Source of the DNA: Syntrophales bacterium
GTDB lineage: Bacteria > Desulfobacterota > Syntrophia > Syntrophales > UBA6807
Length of the DNA: 64,000 bases
NCBI GenBank assembly: GCA_040767195.1
Contig: JAXGPA010000003.1
Span: forward strand, 259,045 to 323,044
Direction: 5' to 3'
In this document: positions 10,618 to 21,030 of the stretch, piece by piece
How the letters are laid out: each line of letters opens with the position of its first letter
Numbering within the stretch: position 1 is the first letter of the stretch
The notes under the pieces: model-generated
What the model was told of the DNA's origin: nothing
The model's database searches: none
Seen by the model: only the letters and a program-made list of their open reading frames with translations
Position numbers and translations under genes: made by a program

Positions 10618-11685
10618 ATGGCCCTGGACGAAAACCGCCGCAGAAACCAGATTTTCTCCATCGTCGCCGTCGCCTGCCTTTTTCTGTTTCTGTGGTCCAT
10701 GCACCTCTTCGCCGACGATTACCAGATCCGGATCCTCAACAACATCGGCCTTTTCGTCATTCTCGCCGTCAGCTACAACCTCATCAACGGCGTCACGGGA
10801 CAGTTCTCCCTGGAGCCGAACGCTTTCATCGCCATCGGGGCCTACACCTCCGCCCTTCTCACCCTCACCCCGGCGGAAAAAGAAATGGCCTTCATCATCG
10901 AGCCCATCATCTGGCCGCTGAGCGTGATTTCCGTTCCCTTTGTCGTTTCCCTGGTCGCCGCGGGGATCGTCACGGCCTTTTTCGGGTTCCTCATGGGGTT
11001 TCCCGTCTTCCGTGTCCGGGGGGACTACCTGGCCATCGTCACCCTGGGGTTCGGCGAGGTCGTCCGGGTCATCGCCAACAACACCCAGACCATCACAAAC
11101 GGTCCCCTGGGCCTGAAGGGGCTCGCCAGCCACACCAACATCTGGTGGACCTGGGGACTGGCCGTCTTCACTGTTTTTTTCATTGCCCGCCTTGTCCGGA
11201 GCAGTTTCGGAATGGCCATGAAAGCGGTGAAATACGATGAAGCGGCGGCCGAAGCGGTGGGCATCAACGCCTTCCGCCACAAGATGCTCGCCTTCACCAC
11301 CAGTGCCTTCTTCGAAGGCATCGGGGGCGGCCTCCTGGCCCATCTCATCACGACCATTTCCCCCACCCTCTTCACCTTCTTTCTGACCTTCAACCTCCTC
11401 ATCATGATCGTCGCCGGGGGGCTGGGAAGCATCACCGGGTCGGTCATCGCCGCCGTGATCATCACCTGGGGCGGGGAAGCCCTCCGAATCGTCGAGGAAC
11501 CCATGGACCTCGGGTTCGTCGAGATCCCCGGCATACCGGGGATGCGGATGGTTCTGTTCTCCTTCATTCTCATCCTCGTCATGATCTTCGCCCGCCAGGG
11601 CCTCATGGGCACCCGGGAATTCTCCTGGAACGGCCTCCAGAACAGGCTCCTGGCCTGGAAGGGCCGGTACCTCAAGGCAGGCTGA
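10618..11685 (+). CDS. livM: Branched-chain amino acid ABC permease
   Basis: GVTGQFSL, RGDYLAIVTLGFGE, GGLGSITG. Confidence 0.9.
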   Translation: MALDENRRRNQIFSIVAVACLFLFLWSMHLFADDYQIRILNNIGLFVILAVSYNLINGVTGQFSLEPNAFIAIGAYTSALLTLTPAEKEMAFIIEPIIWPLSVISVPFVVSLVAAGIVTAFFGFLMGFPVFRVRGDYLAIVTLGFGEVVRVIANNTQTITNGPLGLKGLASHTNIWWTWGLAVFTVFFIARLVRSSFGMAMKAVKYDEAAAEAVGINAFRHKMLAFTTSAFFEGIGGGLLAHLITTISPTLFTFFLTFNLLIMIVAGGLGSITGSVIAAVIITWGGEALRIVEEPMDLGFVEIPGIPGMRMVLFSFILILVMIFARQGLMGTREFSWNGLQNRLLAWKGRYLKAG

Positions 11686-12446
11686 TGGACTTCTTCACGG
11701 TAAGAAACCTGACCATGCGATTCGGCGGCCTCGTGGCGGTGAACGACTTCGACATCACTTTGAAACCGGGGGAAATCGTCGGCCTCATCGGGCCCAACGG
11801 CGCCGGGAAAACGACGGTCTTCAACATGATCGCCGGGTACTACGTCCCCACGGCGGGAACGATCCACTTCCGGGGGAAACAGCTGAACGGACGAAAGGCC
11901 AACGAGATCACCAAGTCAGGAATCGCCCGAACCTTTCAGAACATCCGTCTTTTCACGGAACTCACGGTGGCGGAAAACGTCATGATCGCCTACCACTGCC
12001 GGATCCGGTCGTCCTTTTTCGGGGCGGCCTTCCGCCTGCCCCTCTACCGGCGGGAGGAAAAGGCCATGTACGAGGGGTCCTTGGGCTTTCTCGAGGAAGT
12101 GGGCCTTCAGGACCTGGCCCGGGAACAGGCGGGGTCCCTGCCCTACGGGAAACAGAGGCGGCTCGAAATCGCCCGGGCCCTGGCCACGGGTCCGGAGCTC
12201 CTCCTCCTGGACGAACCGGCGGCGGGGATGAACCCCAACGAAACCCAGGACCTCCTGAAACTCATCCTCGCGCTCCGGGAGAAATATAAGCTCACCGTTT
12301 TCCTCATCGAACACGACATGAAATTCGTCATGCAGCTTTGCGAGCGGATCAAGGTCCTGGACTACGGAACGACCATCGCCGAGGGCACCCCCGAGGAAAT
12401 TCAGCAGAACGAGCGGGTCATTGAGGCCTACCTGGGGGAGGGATAA
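11685..12446 (+). CDS. livG: Branched-chain amino acid ABC ATPase
   Basis: GPNGAGKTT, RTFQNIRLF, LPYGKQRRLEIARAL, LLLDEPAAG. Confidence 0.9.
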   Translation: MDFFTVRNLTMRFGGLVAVNDFDITLKPGEIVGLIGPNGAGKTTVFNMIAGYYVPTAGTIHFRGKQLNGRKANEITKSGIARTFQNIRLFTELTVAENVMIAYHCRIRSSFFGAAFRLPLYRREEKAMYEGSLGFLEEVGLQDLAREQAGSLPYGKQRRLEIARALATGPELLLLDEPAAGMNPNETQDLLKLILALREKYKLTVFLIEHDMKFVMQLCERIKVLDYGTTIAEGTPEEIQQNERVIEAYLGEG

Positions 12447-12447
12447 C

Positions 12448-13158
12448 GTGCTGGCCATCGAAGATTTGAACGTTTACTACGGCGGGATCCACGCCCTCAA
12501 GGGAATCACCGTGGACGTCCCGGAAAACCGGATCGTGACCCTCGTCGGGGCCAACGGGGCGGGAAAAAGCTCCCTTCTTCGGGCCATCAGCGGCCTCGTT
12601 CCGGCCAACTCCGGGTCCATCCGCTTCCTCGGAAAGGAACTGACGGGAAGGCCGCCTTATGAAATCGTGAGAAGCGGCATCGCCATCGCCCCCGAAGGAA
12701 GAAAGGTCTTCATCAACCTGAGCGTCCACGAAAACCTTCTCATGGGGGGTTACAACCGGACGGACAAGGAAGAAATGGAGAAAGACCTGGAACATGTCTT
12801 CGGAATCTTTCCCCGGCTCAGGGAGCGGATCGGCCAGAAAGCGGCCACTCTCTCCGGCGGCGAACAACAGATGCTAGCCGTCGGGCGGGCCCTCATGTCC
12901 CGGCCGAAACTCCTCATGCTCGACGAGCCCTCCCTCGGCCTGGCCCCCCTTCTCATCCGGGCGGTCTTTCGGGTCATCGAGCAGATTCACGGCGAGGGGA
13001 CAACGATTCTCCTCATCGAGCAGAACGCCCGGGCGGCCCTCCAGATCGCCGACTACGGGTACGTCATCGAGACGGGTTCCATCGTTCTCGAGGGCACCGG
13101 CCAGGACCTCCTGGACGACGAGCGGGTCAAAAAAGCCTATTTAGGGGAATCGATTTAG
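12448..13158 (+). CDS. livF: Branched-chain amino acid ABC ATPase
   Basis: GANGAGKS, PEGR, LSGGEQQML, LDEPSLGLAP; probable GTG start at 12448. Confidence 0.9.
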   Translation: MLAIEDLNVYYGGIHALKGITVDVPENRIVTLVGANGAGKSSLLRAISGLVPANSGSIRFLGKELTGRPPYEIVRSGIAIAPEGRKVFINLSVHENLLMGGYNRTDKEEMEKDLEHVFGIFPRLRERIGQKAATLSGGEQQMLAVGRALMSRPKLLMLDEPSLGLAPLLIRAVFRVIEQIHGEGTTILLIEQNARAALQIADYGYVIETGSIVLEGTGQDLLDDERVKKAYLGESI

Positions 13159-13264
13159 ACGGATCGGCCCCGAGAAGTGCGCCTGCGTAGTCGCAAAACG
13201 GGCCTCACTCATATCCCGTGCCATCGGACATAACAGCAGGAAAGCCAACTTCCCGGAAGCAGGT

Positions 13265-14122
13265 CTAACGGTCTTCAAAAACTCCCTGGTCCTTTATGGC
13301 CGTGTCGATCGCCAGGACCCGGTAGATGCAGACCGGTTCAGGGAATTCGAGACTCCCGCCGCCGGTCAGGTATCCCTCCAGGCCGATGCCCCAGGCGAGA
13401 TCGACAAAAGCGTAGCCCCGGGCGGGAAACCGGATGATCCCGTGGGTCGTCTCGTATCGAGCCGACGGCCGGCCCGCCTTTTCGTGCCGCTTCCGAAGAT
13501 CCTTGAGCCTGGTCTCGTATTTCCCCGGGTCGAGGAGCTTTTCCATCTCGAGTCCCATTTCATCGAGCTCCTTCGATTCGGGGTTGGCGGTGTAGGGAAC
13601 GACGGAAAGAAGGGACAGGGCATTCTTCAAGGATTCGGACGTCCGCCGGGTTCCTTCGAATTTCCTGTACTCGCAAAGCTCCCGGCCGCCTCCGGAAGCG
13701 ATGTTCTGAAGGGTCCAGGAAGCCCGCCGGTCCGTTTTCTGGATGGTCCGCTCCTTCAGGACCCAGATCTTCCCGCCGGATTCCGTTTTTTCCCATTCTT
13801 TTCCCTTGAACTGGTTGCACACAATCCTGTTTTCCGGGACGTACCGGTCCATCCGGAAGGACGGGGGGGACTTGCGGTACCAGATGTCGCAGATTTCGCC
13901 GTCGACCCGGCCGTCCCGGAGGTTCTCCACGCTTTCCAGGGCTTCCCGGTCGGCGGTCCAGTATCGGAGATGGACCTCACCAATGTCTTTGTAGCCGCCG
14001 TAAATCCAGGGGAAAGGACCATCGTCGGCCAAGGCTGGGCCGCCGTTTCCGGTTACCATAAGAACAATAACCGCAAAGACGATCCAAAAGCCAGGGGCCA
14101 GGAGCCTTGAAGTGTCTTTCAT
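13265..14122 (-). CDS. Hypothetical secreted protein
   Basis: N-terminal hydrophobic segment ending PALA; GAGGAG RBS upstream; no family recognised. Confidence 0.6.
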   Translation of the reverse strand: MKDTSRLLAPGFWIVFAVIVLMVTGNGGPALADDGPFPWIYGGYKDIGEVHLRYWTADREALESVENLRDGRVDGEICDIWYRKSPPSFRMDRYVPENRIVCNQFKGKEWEKTESGGKIWVLKERTIQKTDRRASWTLQNIASGGGRELCEYRKFEGTRRTSESLKNALSLLSVVPYTANPESKELDEMGLEMEKLLDPGKYETRLKDLRKRHEKAGRPSARYETTHGIIRFPARGYAFVDLAWGIGLEGYLTGGGSLEFPEPVCIYRVLAIDTAIKDQGVFEDR

Positions 14123-14163
14123 GGCATGTTTCTCCTCAATCATCGGGAAAATGAACGCCGGTA

Positions 14164-15975
14164 TCAATCGTCGGCAGGCCATTCCAAACAGTAAAATTCA
14201 TTTCTTAAGTTGACCTTGAACCAATATCTCAGGACCGTGTCTCCAAAGGCCACCGTTCCCACCTCCCCCGGACCGGAATCGGCAAGATCGATCAGAGGAA
14301 TTTCCACTTTTAATTTATCCTGCATGATGCCCCATTCATTCACACCATACATATTCGGCCAGGGAATAGTCTGTTCCCAGTTTTCATCGCTGCTCTTGCA
14401 GAAAATATCGAACGTGATGGTCAGGGGCTCAACAGGATGGATGTTGAGGGTGAGAATGTTTCCGTTCAGGCGGCCGGAAGCGGTCACCTTGAAGAGGCCT
14501 TGGTAAGGGCCGAGGTCGATGTTGCGAATGCTGCACTCGCTTCTTGTGGCCTCGATGACAGGTGCCGGTCCCTCATCCCACCATCCTACACCTGTAAAAC
14601 AATGGTCCCCAAGACTGCAATCAGGATTACTCTGGACAACGCCTTCTTCATCAATTGTAAACGGTACGTCCATGTACAGGCAGTCCTTGTAGTGAAACAT
14701 AAAATATTCATTTCCCGTTAATGCCCCGATCTCTTCAAACTCAATGTAGACGCCGGCAACCCACGCGTTTTGGGTCACCACGATCTTCGTCTGACCCTTG
14801 CTGTCGATGACGGTGGGATCCCCCGGGCAGCCGCATGTCGAGACGGTGGCGGTCACCGTGGCGGTTCCTGGATTTTTGGGGTGAAAGTAAACGAATGCTT
14901 TGCCCGAGTCATCGGTGGGGCAGGTTTCGGGAAACAGCTCTCCCGTGTTGCTGTTCTGGAGGGTGAAGGTCACGAGGAAACCGGCATAGGTCAGCGTGCC
15001 CCCATCTTTTTTCACAAATTCCACCGTCGCCTCGACCTTCGCTTTCGGGGCGCGGTCCGGCCCCTCCGGAGGGATTTCGATGGTGTCCGGGGTCGCCGTC
15101 ACGGTGACCCGGGCCAGAAGCCGCATCCAGCAGATCTCCACGGTGAAGAAATACTGGTAGGACCCGTCGGGCGGGCCGTACTTGTATTTGAGGGTTTCCC
15201 AGGCATGACAGCCGTCCGTCTTCCCCTTCGTCCGGTCGCTGCCGTAATGGAATTTTCCCTGCTCATAGTCCATGCGGTACTTCAGCCCCTGGATCTCCAT
15301 GACGCAGTCGTTCTTCCGCTTCACTTCGCCAAGGCTGTGGACCTTCGATTCGAATTCGTCGATCCACTCGGTGAACCGGCCTTCAAGGGCCGCTCTTGCC
15401 TCATCGGGGTCAATGGAGTCGGGATCGTCGAGGTTTCCCAGCCCCGGCGAGGGGAAGTTCCCCCAACCGCCGGTGGAAAAGGTGGTGAAGTGGGTCACCT
15501 CGGCGCTCCAGGAAAGCCCGTCGGGGTTCACCCGGGCGGTGAATTCCGTCTGCTCCCAGGCTCCCTCCGGGTCGTTCCACTGAAAGAGGGGCATCTCATC
15601 CCCCGGGGTGAGGGAGACGGTCGACGGGACGGTGATGGTCACCGGGAGGGCGAAGGTGAGACCGTCGGGGAGGAATTCCGCCGCCCCGTTTTCCCCGAAT
15701 AGGGTAGACCACATCTCGTCCGGCAAGGCGGTGCCGTCCCGGTAGGTAATGACGGTGATTTCCGTTTCTTTCGATAAAGCGCCCGGCGGGATGACGACGG
15801 AAGACCCGCCTTCGTCGGTTACGGTTCCCCCCTTTGACCCGATCTTTGAAGTCGTTTCCGGGACCGGGGTTTCACTGTCGGAGGAGGATCCCCCGTTACA
15901 CCCCGTAAAGTAAAAGATTGCGGAAAGGATCAAACAGGACCACAGGAAAGCAGACGTTTTTCCGGACCGTTTCAT
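14164..15975 (-). CDS. Putative lipoprotein with ZU5-like and Ig-like (Big_1-type) domains
   Basis: Lipobox FTGC plus Ser-rich linker; IGSKGGTV..VIPPGAL..PDGLTFALPVTITVP..VTHFTTF (ZU5-like); TDDSGKA..PGTATVTAT (Ig-like). Confidence 0.65.
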   Translation of the reverse strand: MKRSGKTSAFLWSCLILSAIFYFTGCNGGSSSDSETPVPETTSKIGSKGGTVTDEGGSSVVIPPGALSKETEITVITYRDGTALPDEMWSTLFGENGAAEFLPDGLTFALPVTITVPSTVSLTPGDEMPLFQWNDPEGAWEQTEFTARVNPDGLSWSAEVTHFTTFSTGGWGNFPSPGLGNLDDPDSIDPDEARAALEGRFTEWIDEFESKVHSLGEVKRKNDCVMEIQGLKYRMDYEQGKFHYGSDRTKGKTDGCHAWETLKYKYGPPDGSYQYFFTVEICWMRLLARVTVTATPDTIEIPPEGPDRAPKAKVEATVEFVKKDGGTLTYAGFLVTFTLQNSNTGELFPETCPTDDSGKAFVYFHPKNPGTATVTATVSTCGCPGDPTVIDSKGQTKIVVTQNAWVAGVYIEFEEIGALTGNEYFMFHYKDCLYMDVPFTIDEEGVVQSNPDCSLGDHCFTGVGWWDEGPAPVIEATRSECSIRNIDLGPYQGLFKVTASGRLNGNILTLNIHPVEPLTITFDIFCKSSDENWEQTIPWPNMYGVNEWGIMQDKLKVEIPLIDLADSGPGEVGTVAFGDTVLRYWFKVNLRNEFYCLEWPADD

Positions 15976-16394
15976 GGCATCCCCCTTCTTCTTCCCCAAA
16001 AAAAGATTGAAACCCTGAAAAAAGACCTGTTTTGTATTCTGCTTTATCCGTGAAGAGGAACCCTTCTCTGCTCGCGTCGGCCCAGGGGTCCCGGAAATGG
16101 AAAGGATGCGTGAAGATGGCGCCTGAAGATGAAAAGTTAACCCAGAAAAGCGTTCCCCAGAAAATAATATGCCGTGGGTTGCCGATATTGGCAAGTAAAA
16201 TTATGGGGATAATTTCATAAAATAATTAAGAGGTTGTTTTGCAGCGCGCCTAAAATCAGCGCTTACCGAGGGGGCTGATCACGAAAAGAACGAGAAAACG
16301 GGATGGTTGCTCAAGCTTTCCTTTAACCTTTGCAATATCTCTTGTCCGCAATGATCTTATTACAGTCTGCCGTGTTCCAGATTAATAATTCCCA

Positions 16395-17183
16395 TTAAGA
16401 GATGGTTTTTCCTCCGATCTTATGAGTTGAGTGATGTGGTGTCAATGTATCAGTAATTCCTTTCTCTCTATGACTCCGCGGCGCAAAGACTAGAAGATAT
16501 GATACTACGAATACGGCATAACTGAGTTCCCGGATTTCCTGTATCACATGACGCTGTGAATCGGGCTCATTAATTTCGCTAATACCCGAAAAGATAATAA
16601 CAGCCCATAGGATTATGAGAAAGAATAAGGAGGGACTCTCATATTTTATCCGGGATGTCATTTTCTGGATGGAGGAATGCATGTTGAGCAAGGGAAGAAG
16701 GAAAAAGAAAAAGAAAAATCCCATACGAAAGATGTTTTGAGCATCAAAGATTTGATAAAAACTGAATTCCCCGGTTTGCAAGAAATGAGTCCACGCACTT
16801 CCGCCAGAAAGAGCTTTTAGGTTATGAAAGTTAAATTCGTTCTGAAGGTTAATACGGGAACACCATGATGGGGTATCGAATCCAATAAGTCTCTGACCCC
16901 AGCTGATTTCCTCGCCAAATGACAGCAGGCAGACAAAAAAGAAAATTATTATTATAATTCTTGAATTATTTTTGGGCTTAACCGTTTTGAAAATGCAGAT
17001 CACACAGCCAATCAACCAAAGGAAGGCGCTAAGATACTCGATTAAACCATCTTCGTTCGTTAAAAATGACAGGTCGTAACTTTTTGCGAGAAAAATCAAC
17101 GCAACAAGAAGGAGTCCAATCATTGAAACAGTTATGTTTACAGCTCTTGCCCTAATGTCATGCATTTTTAAAAAAGACCTCAT
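16395..17183 (-). CDS. AT-rich multi-pass membrane protein of unknown function
   Basis: Several TM segments; EDGLIE, GEEISWGQR, NLQNEFNFHN motifs; much more AT-rich than its neighbours. Confidence 0.7.
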   Translation of the reverse strand: MRSFLKMHDIRARAVNITVSMIGLLLVALIFLAKSYDLSFLTNEDGLIEYLSAFLWLIGCVICIFKTVKPKNNSRIIIIIFFFVCLLSFGEEISWGQRLIGFDTPSWCSRINLQNEFNFHNLKALSGGSAWTHFLQTGEFSFYQIFDAQNIFRMGFFFFFFLLPLLNMHSSIQKMTSRIKYESPSLFFLIILWAVIIFSGISEINEPDSQRHVIQEIRELSYAVFVVSYLLVFAPRSHREKGITDTLTPHHSTHKIGGKTIS

Positions 17184-17284
17184 TCCGATTACTTGTAAAT
17201 AATTTGACTGTTAAACGTCTGTCTTCGGTTCCGGATCATGGCTTGAATGAGCGTGATGCCGGTTTACCCGATTCAAGCGGTCCC

Positions 17285-18391
17285 TTACGTCAGAATCGAC
17301 CGCTTCCCGTTGTACCGGTTCCCGTCGTAGTCTCTTTCGAGATCCACCAGCTTCAGCTTTCCGATCACCTCCTTCAGGGGGACGCTGGTGATCCGTCCCT
17401 GGTTCAGGCTCACCATCCGGCCGAAATCCTCGTTGACGATCATGTCCACGGCGGCGATGCCGAACCAGCGGCCCATGAGACGGTCATAAGCAGAAGGGTT
17501 CCCGCCCCTCTGCAGGTGGCTCAGGATGACATACCGGGATTCAATGCCCGTGGCCTCCTCGATGCAGTGGGCGACGTAACGGGCGATGCCGCCCAGGGTC
17601 TTGTGGCCGAACTCGTCCACCTTGTCGTCCTTGCAGACCTCCTCCATGCCCTGGATCCGGGCGCCCTCGGAAACGACGATGATGCTGTAACGGATTTCCC
17701 TGCCTCGTCTTTCCCGGAGAAGCTCCAGGACCCTCTCCATCTCGAAGGGGTGTTCCGGGATCAGGATGATGTAGGCGCCGCTGCACTCTCCGCCCCGAAG
17801 GGCCAGCCACCCGGCGTGCCTTCCCATGGTTTCGACGACGAAAATCCGGCTGTGGGAACCTGCCGTGGTCCGGAGCCTGTCGATCTCCTCCATGATCACG
17901 TTCACCGCCGAGTCGTACCCCAGGGAATAGGCCGTTCCCGCCAGGTCGTTGTCGATGGTCTTGGGAATCCCGATGGTCCTGACGCCCAGGTGATGAAGGC
18001 GGTAGGCGACGCCCAGGGTATCCTCGCCCCCGATGGCCACGACCACGTCGATTCCCAGGTCGCGGATGTTCCGGAGAAGTGTCTCCGACCGATCGTGCCG
18101 GGTGCTGAAGGGATTCGTCCGGGACGTTCCCAGGTTCGTCCCGCCGTACCGGTCCCAGGTCCGGACGATTTCCTCGTTCAGGAACTTAAGATGCATCCGC
18201 CGGCTTTCCCGGTTCGCGGGGTCCACGTCCAGAAGCCCCTTCCAGCCGTCCATGACACCCAGGACCTCGAAGGTCGTATCCCGCTTTTCCGCCAGTTTCG
18301 GGTCCAGGGCCGTCTTGGTTACCCACTTGACGGCGCTGTTCAGCCCGGGACAGTCTCCCCCGCCGGTGAGAACGGCGATTCTCAGCGTCAT
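17285..18391 (-). CDS. pfkA: 6-phosphofructokinase (PfkA family, possibly PPi-dependent)
   Basis: TGGGDCPGLN, GGTNLGTSR, GGEDT, PKTIDND, ETMGRHAGW, LSHLQRGG. Confidence 0.9.
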   Translation of the reverse strand: MTLRIAVLTGGGDCPGLNSAVKWVTKTALDPKLAEKRDTTFEVLGVMDGWKGLLDVDPANRESRRMHLKFLNEEIVRTWDRYGGTNLGTSRTNPFSTRHDRSETLLRNIRDLGIDVVVAIGGEDTLGVAYRLHHLGVRTIGIPKTIDNDLAGTAYSLGYDSAVNVIMEEIDRLRTTAGSHSRIFVVETMGRHAGWLALRGGECSGAYIILIPEHPFEMERVLELLRERRGREIRYSIIVVSEGARIQGMEEVCKDDKVDEFGHKTLGGIARYVAHCIEEATGIESRYVILSHLQRGGNPSAYDRLMGRWFGIAAVDMIVNEDFGRMVSLNQGRITSVPLKEVIGKLKLVDLERDYDGNRYNGKRSILT

Positions 18392-18401
18392 GGCTGCCTC
18401 C

Positions 18402-20075
18402 CTACTCGAGATATCTCAGGTTTTCCCTCTTCATGAAGGAGAAATCGATCTGGTCGGGCCGGTACGGCAGGGATTCCCGGATGGCATCGGGAATTCTTCC
18501 CCACCGGGCCTCGAACTGTTCCAGGTACTCCTGCCGTCCCTTGAGAAAGTTGGCCACCTGTTGCTTCAGCCTGTCCTTGTTCTCGAACATGGGATAGGCG
18601 TTCATGAAATCCATGTTGGCCCGATCCGTCTTGATGGGAAAATGGTATCCCAGGTGATCCGGTTCCGAACCGAACCGGAGCTGAACCCGAAGGAGGTCGT
18701 TGTAGGCCGCCAGGGACTGGCGGAGGGAGACCTTCATCTCCTTCTCCCCCATGTGCCCCGTGTTGGCCTGGTAACACTTGATCCGGTTCTTGCGGATGAT
18801 CTCGTAGAAGATCATGGCGTGCTCCAGGCGGTCCCCGGCCAGGAACGGGTCGAGGAAGAAAACCCGTTTGAACTTACCCGCCTGTTCGGGGTCCCCGCCG
18901 GTGCTCTCGATGGACTCCCCGTAAATGAACTGCATGGTCGCCTGCTCCGGGGTCAGCTTGGAGATGACATTGATGAGCGGGTTGCGGGTGAGGATGACGA
19001 TGTAGTCCACCTGGTCCGCCCGGAGCCCTTTGCTCGCCAGGCCCAGGTTGTCCCGCCGGACGACGGCCCTGCCGTTTCCCGTTTTGGCCGTGTTCTTGAA
19101 GTCGGGCATGTAGGGATACCGGGTGATGGCCACGTTTTCCAGGAAGGCGTCGGAAGACAGCGCCGCCCGGAGGATTTCCGGCTGGCTTTCATCGAGACCT
19201 TCCGTTTTGATGTAGATGCCTCCCTGCTCGAAGGCGTTGTAACTCCCGTCGTGGCCCAGGATCCCGCCGTCGTCGCCGATCATCTCGGAGCTCTCCCGGG
19301 GCAGCTTGGCCAGTTTCCGGCAGAGCGTCGTCGTTTTCCCCGTGGCTGTCAGACCCGAAACGCCGGTCACCCGCTCCAGGAGTTCCGGCCGTTCCGACTC
19401 GAGATCGTAGATCCACAGGTAATCCCGACGGGCACCGCAGTGAAGGAAGATTCCCTGCCCGTCGATGGCCTTGGCCCGCCAGTTTTCGAACTGGAAGATG
19501 CCCTTCTTGGCTTCCCCGAGATAAATGGTGTTCCGGCATATTTTCACCTGCTCCCCCCGGCGGTCCCCCATCCACAGGCGGACGGTGATGTCCTTGTCCG
19601 CAAGCTTCTTGAACTTGTTCGACTCGTAGGCCTCGTCGGTGAAGTACAGAATCGTGTAGGTCGGCTGTTCCACCACCCGGGGGGCGGGGTTGTCCTCGAA
19701 GAGAAGCTTGAGACCGTAGGCCACCTGGGCGTAATGCGCGGGCATGAGGAAACGGGCGGTGATCCCGTCCCGGCCGTCACCGATAATGGTGTCCAGGGAC
19801 ACCACCTTTTCCCGCCGGAGGTATTCCACGGCTTTCGCCGCCAGGGCTTCCTCCTCTTCCCCGAAAGGGTGGTCGACACTGTTTCTCGTGTGGGGCGCGG
19901 AACGGGACATGGGTTCCGAGTCCGCCGCCACGGAACCCAGGTTCGTCTGGATGACCCCCTCGTGGCGAAGAGCGATTTCCTTCAGCTCGTCCAGGGACTT
20001 CCCCTCGATGAGCCGGCCCTCCCGCTTGGCGTCGTGGTGGATTTTTTCAACCGCTTTCTTGAAGTAGTTCGTCAT
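18402..20075 (-). CDS. pckA: Phosphoenolpyruvate carboxykinase (ATP), divergent
   Basis: RSAPHT, YLGEAKKG, LHCG, kinase-1a-like SGLTATGKTT, MIGDDG, E-x-G-x-YIKT, LENV, NGRAVV. Confidence 0.75.
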   Translation of the reverse strand: MTNYFKKAVEKIHHDAKREGRLIEGKSLDELKEIALRHEGVIQTNLGSVAADSEPMSRSAPHTRNSVDHPFGEEEEALAAKAVEYLRREKVVSLDTIIGDGRDGITARFLMPAHYAQVAYGLKLLFEDNPAPRVVEQPTYTILYFTDEAYESNKFKKLADKDITVRLWMGDRRGEQVKICRNTIYLGEAKKGIFQFENWRAKAIDGQGIFLHCGARRDYLWIYDLESERPELLERVTGVSGLTATGKTTTLCRKLAKLPRESSEMIGDDGGILGHDGSYNAFEQGGIYIKTEGLDESQPEILRAALSSDAFLENVAITRYPYMPDFKNTAKTGNGRAVVRRDNLGLASKGLRADQVDYIVILTRNPLINVISKLTPEQATMQFIYGESIESTGGDPEQAGKFKRVFFLDPFLAGDRLEHAMIFYEIIRKNRIKCYQANTGHMGEKEMKVSLRQSLAAYNDLLRVQLRFGSEPDHLGYHFPIKTDRANMDFMNAYPMFENKDRLKQQVANFLKGRQEYLEQFEARWGRIPDAIRESLPYRPDQIDFSFMKRENLRYLE

Positions 20076-20161
20076 GAAACAGACACTCCTTTCAGAGATC
20101 GTGTAAAAAGGCCGTGGCGGTCCAAAGTGCCCGTGAGGGCTGGCCGTCGATTCCCCGAGGG

Positions 20162-21028
20162 TCAGTTCGCCCGTTTCGATTCCACGAGGGCTTCGAGTCT
20201 TTTTCTGTCTGAAACCCGCCGGTAAAGAGGCAGGTCGCTTTTCCCATAGGGGGGCAGTCCCTCCTCGAAGGTGGGAACCCCCTCCCGGACGTAGAAAATC
20301 CCCAGGGGATAGGGGTCTTTTTCAATGGCCCGGCGGAACGCCTCGACACGGTTTCCCCGGTCGTGCCCCTCCTCCAGGGGGTAGGTGTTCTTTTTGAACC
20401 ACTGGAAGGTGTTCAGCCGGTTGAAGGAGACGCAGGGCTGGAAGATGTCCACCAGGGCGTATCCCCGGTGGCTTATGGCGGCCTTGAGGATCTCCTTCAT
20501 CTGGTCCCGGTGACCCGTGAAGGCCCGTGCGACAAAGGTGGCGTTCTGGGCGATAGCCGTCGCCAAGGGGTTGAAAGGCTCGCCGGTGACGCCGTCCACC
20601 TGGACGGGCGTGGTGAACCCCGGGCGGCTCGTCGGCGAGGCCTGCCCCTTGGTCAGGCCGTAGACCATGTTGTTGTGGACGATATTCGTGATGTCGGGGT
20701 TGCGCCGTATGGCGTGAAGAAAATGATTTCCCCCCTCGCCGTACATGTCCCCGTCCCCGCTTTCGGCGATGACCACGAGTCCCGGGCTGGCTGCCTTGAT
20801 GGCCGTGGCCGGGGGAAGGGCCCGGCCGTGGAGACCGTTGAAGACGTTCGCCCGGACGTAGTGGGGCATCTTGGCCGCCTGCCCGATGCCGGAAACGAGA
20901 ACGAGCTTTTCCGGCGCGATCCCCAGTTCGCTCAGCGTCTCCTTGAGGGTTTCCCAGATGGCGAAGTTGCCGCAACCGGGGCACCAGGCCACATCGATTT
21001 CGCCCATGTCGAAACGGTTGTCGTCCAT
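20162..21028 (-). CDS. 2-oxoacid:ferredoxin oxidoreductase beta subunit
   Basis: WCPGCGN, SGIGQ, LHGRALP, SGDGD TPP motif, [22 protein letters not shown]. Confidence 0.92.
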   Translation of the reverse strand: MDDNRFDMGEIDVAWCPGCGNFAIWETLKETLSELGIAPEKLVLVSGIGQAAKMPHYVRANVFNGLHGRALPPATAIKAASPGLVVIAESGDGDMYGEGGNHFLHAIRRNPDITNIVHNNMVYGLTKGQASPTSRPGFTTPVQVDGVTGEPFNPLATAIAQNATFVARAFTGHRDQMKEILKAAISHRGYALVDIFQPCVSFNRLNTFQWFKKNTYPLEEGHDRGNRVEAFRRAIEKDPYPLGIFYVREGVPTFEEGLPPYGKSDLPLYRRVSDRKRLEALVESKRAN

Positions 21029-21030
21029 CT

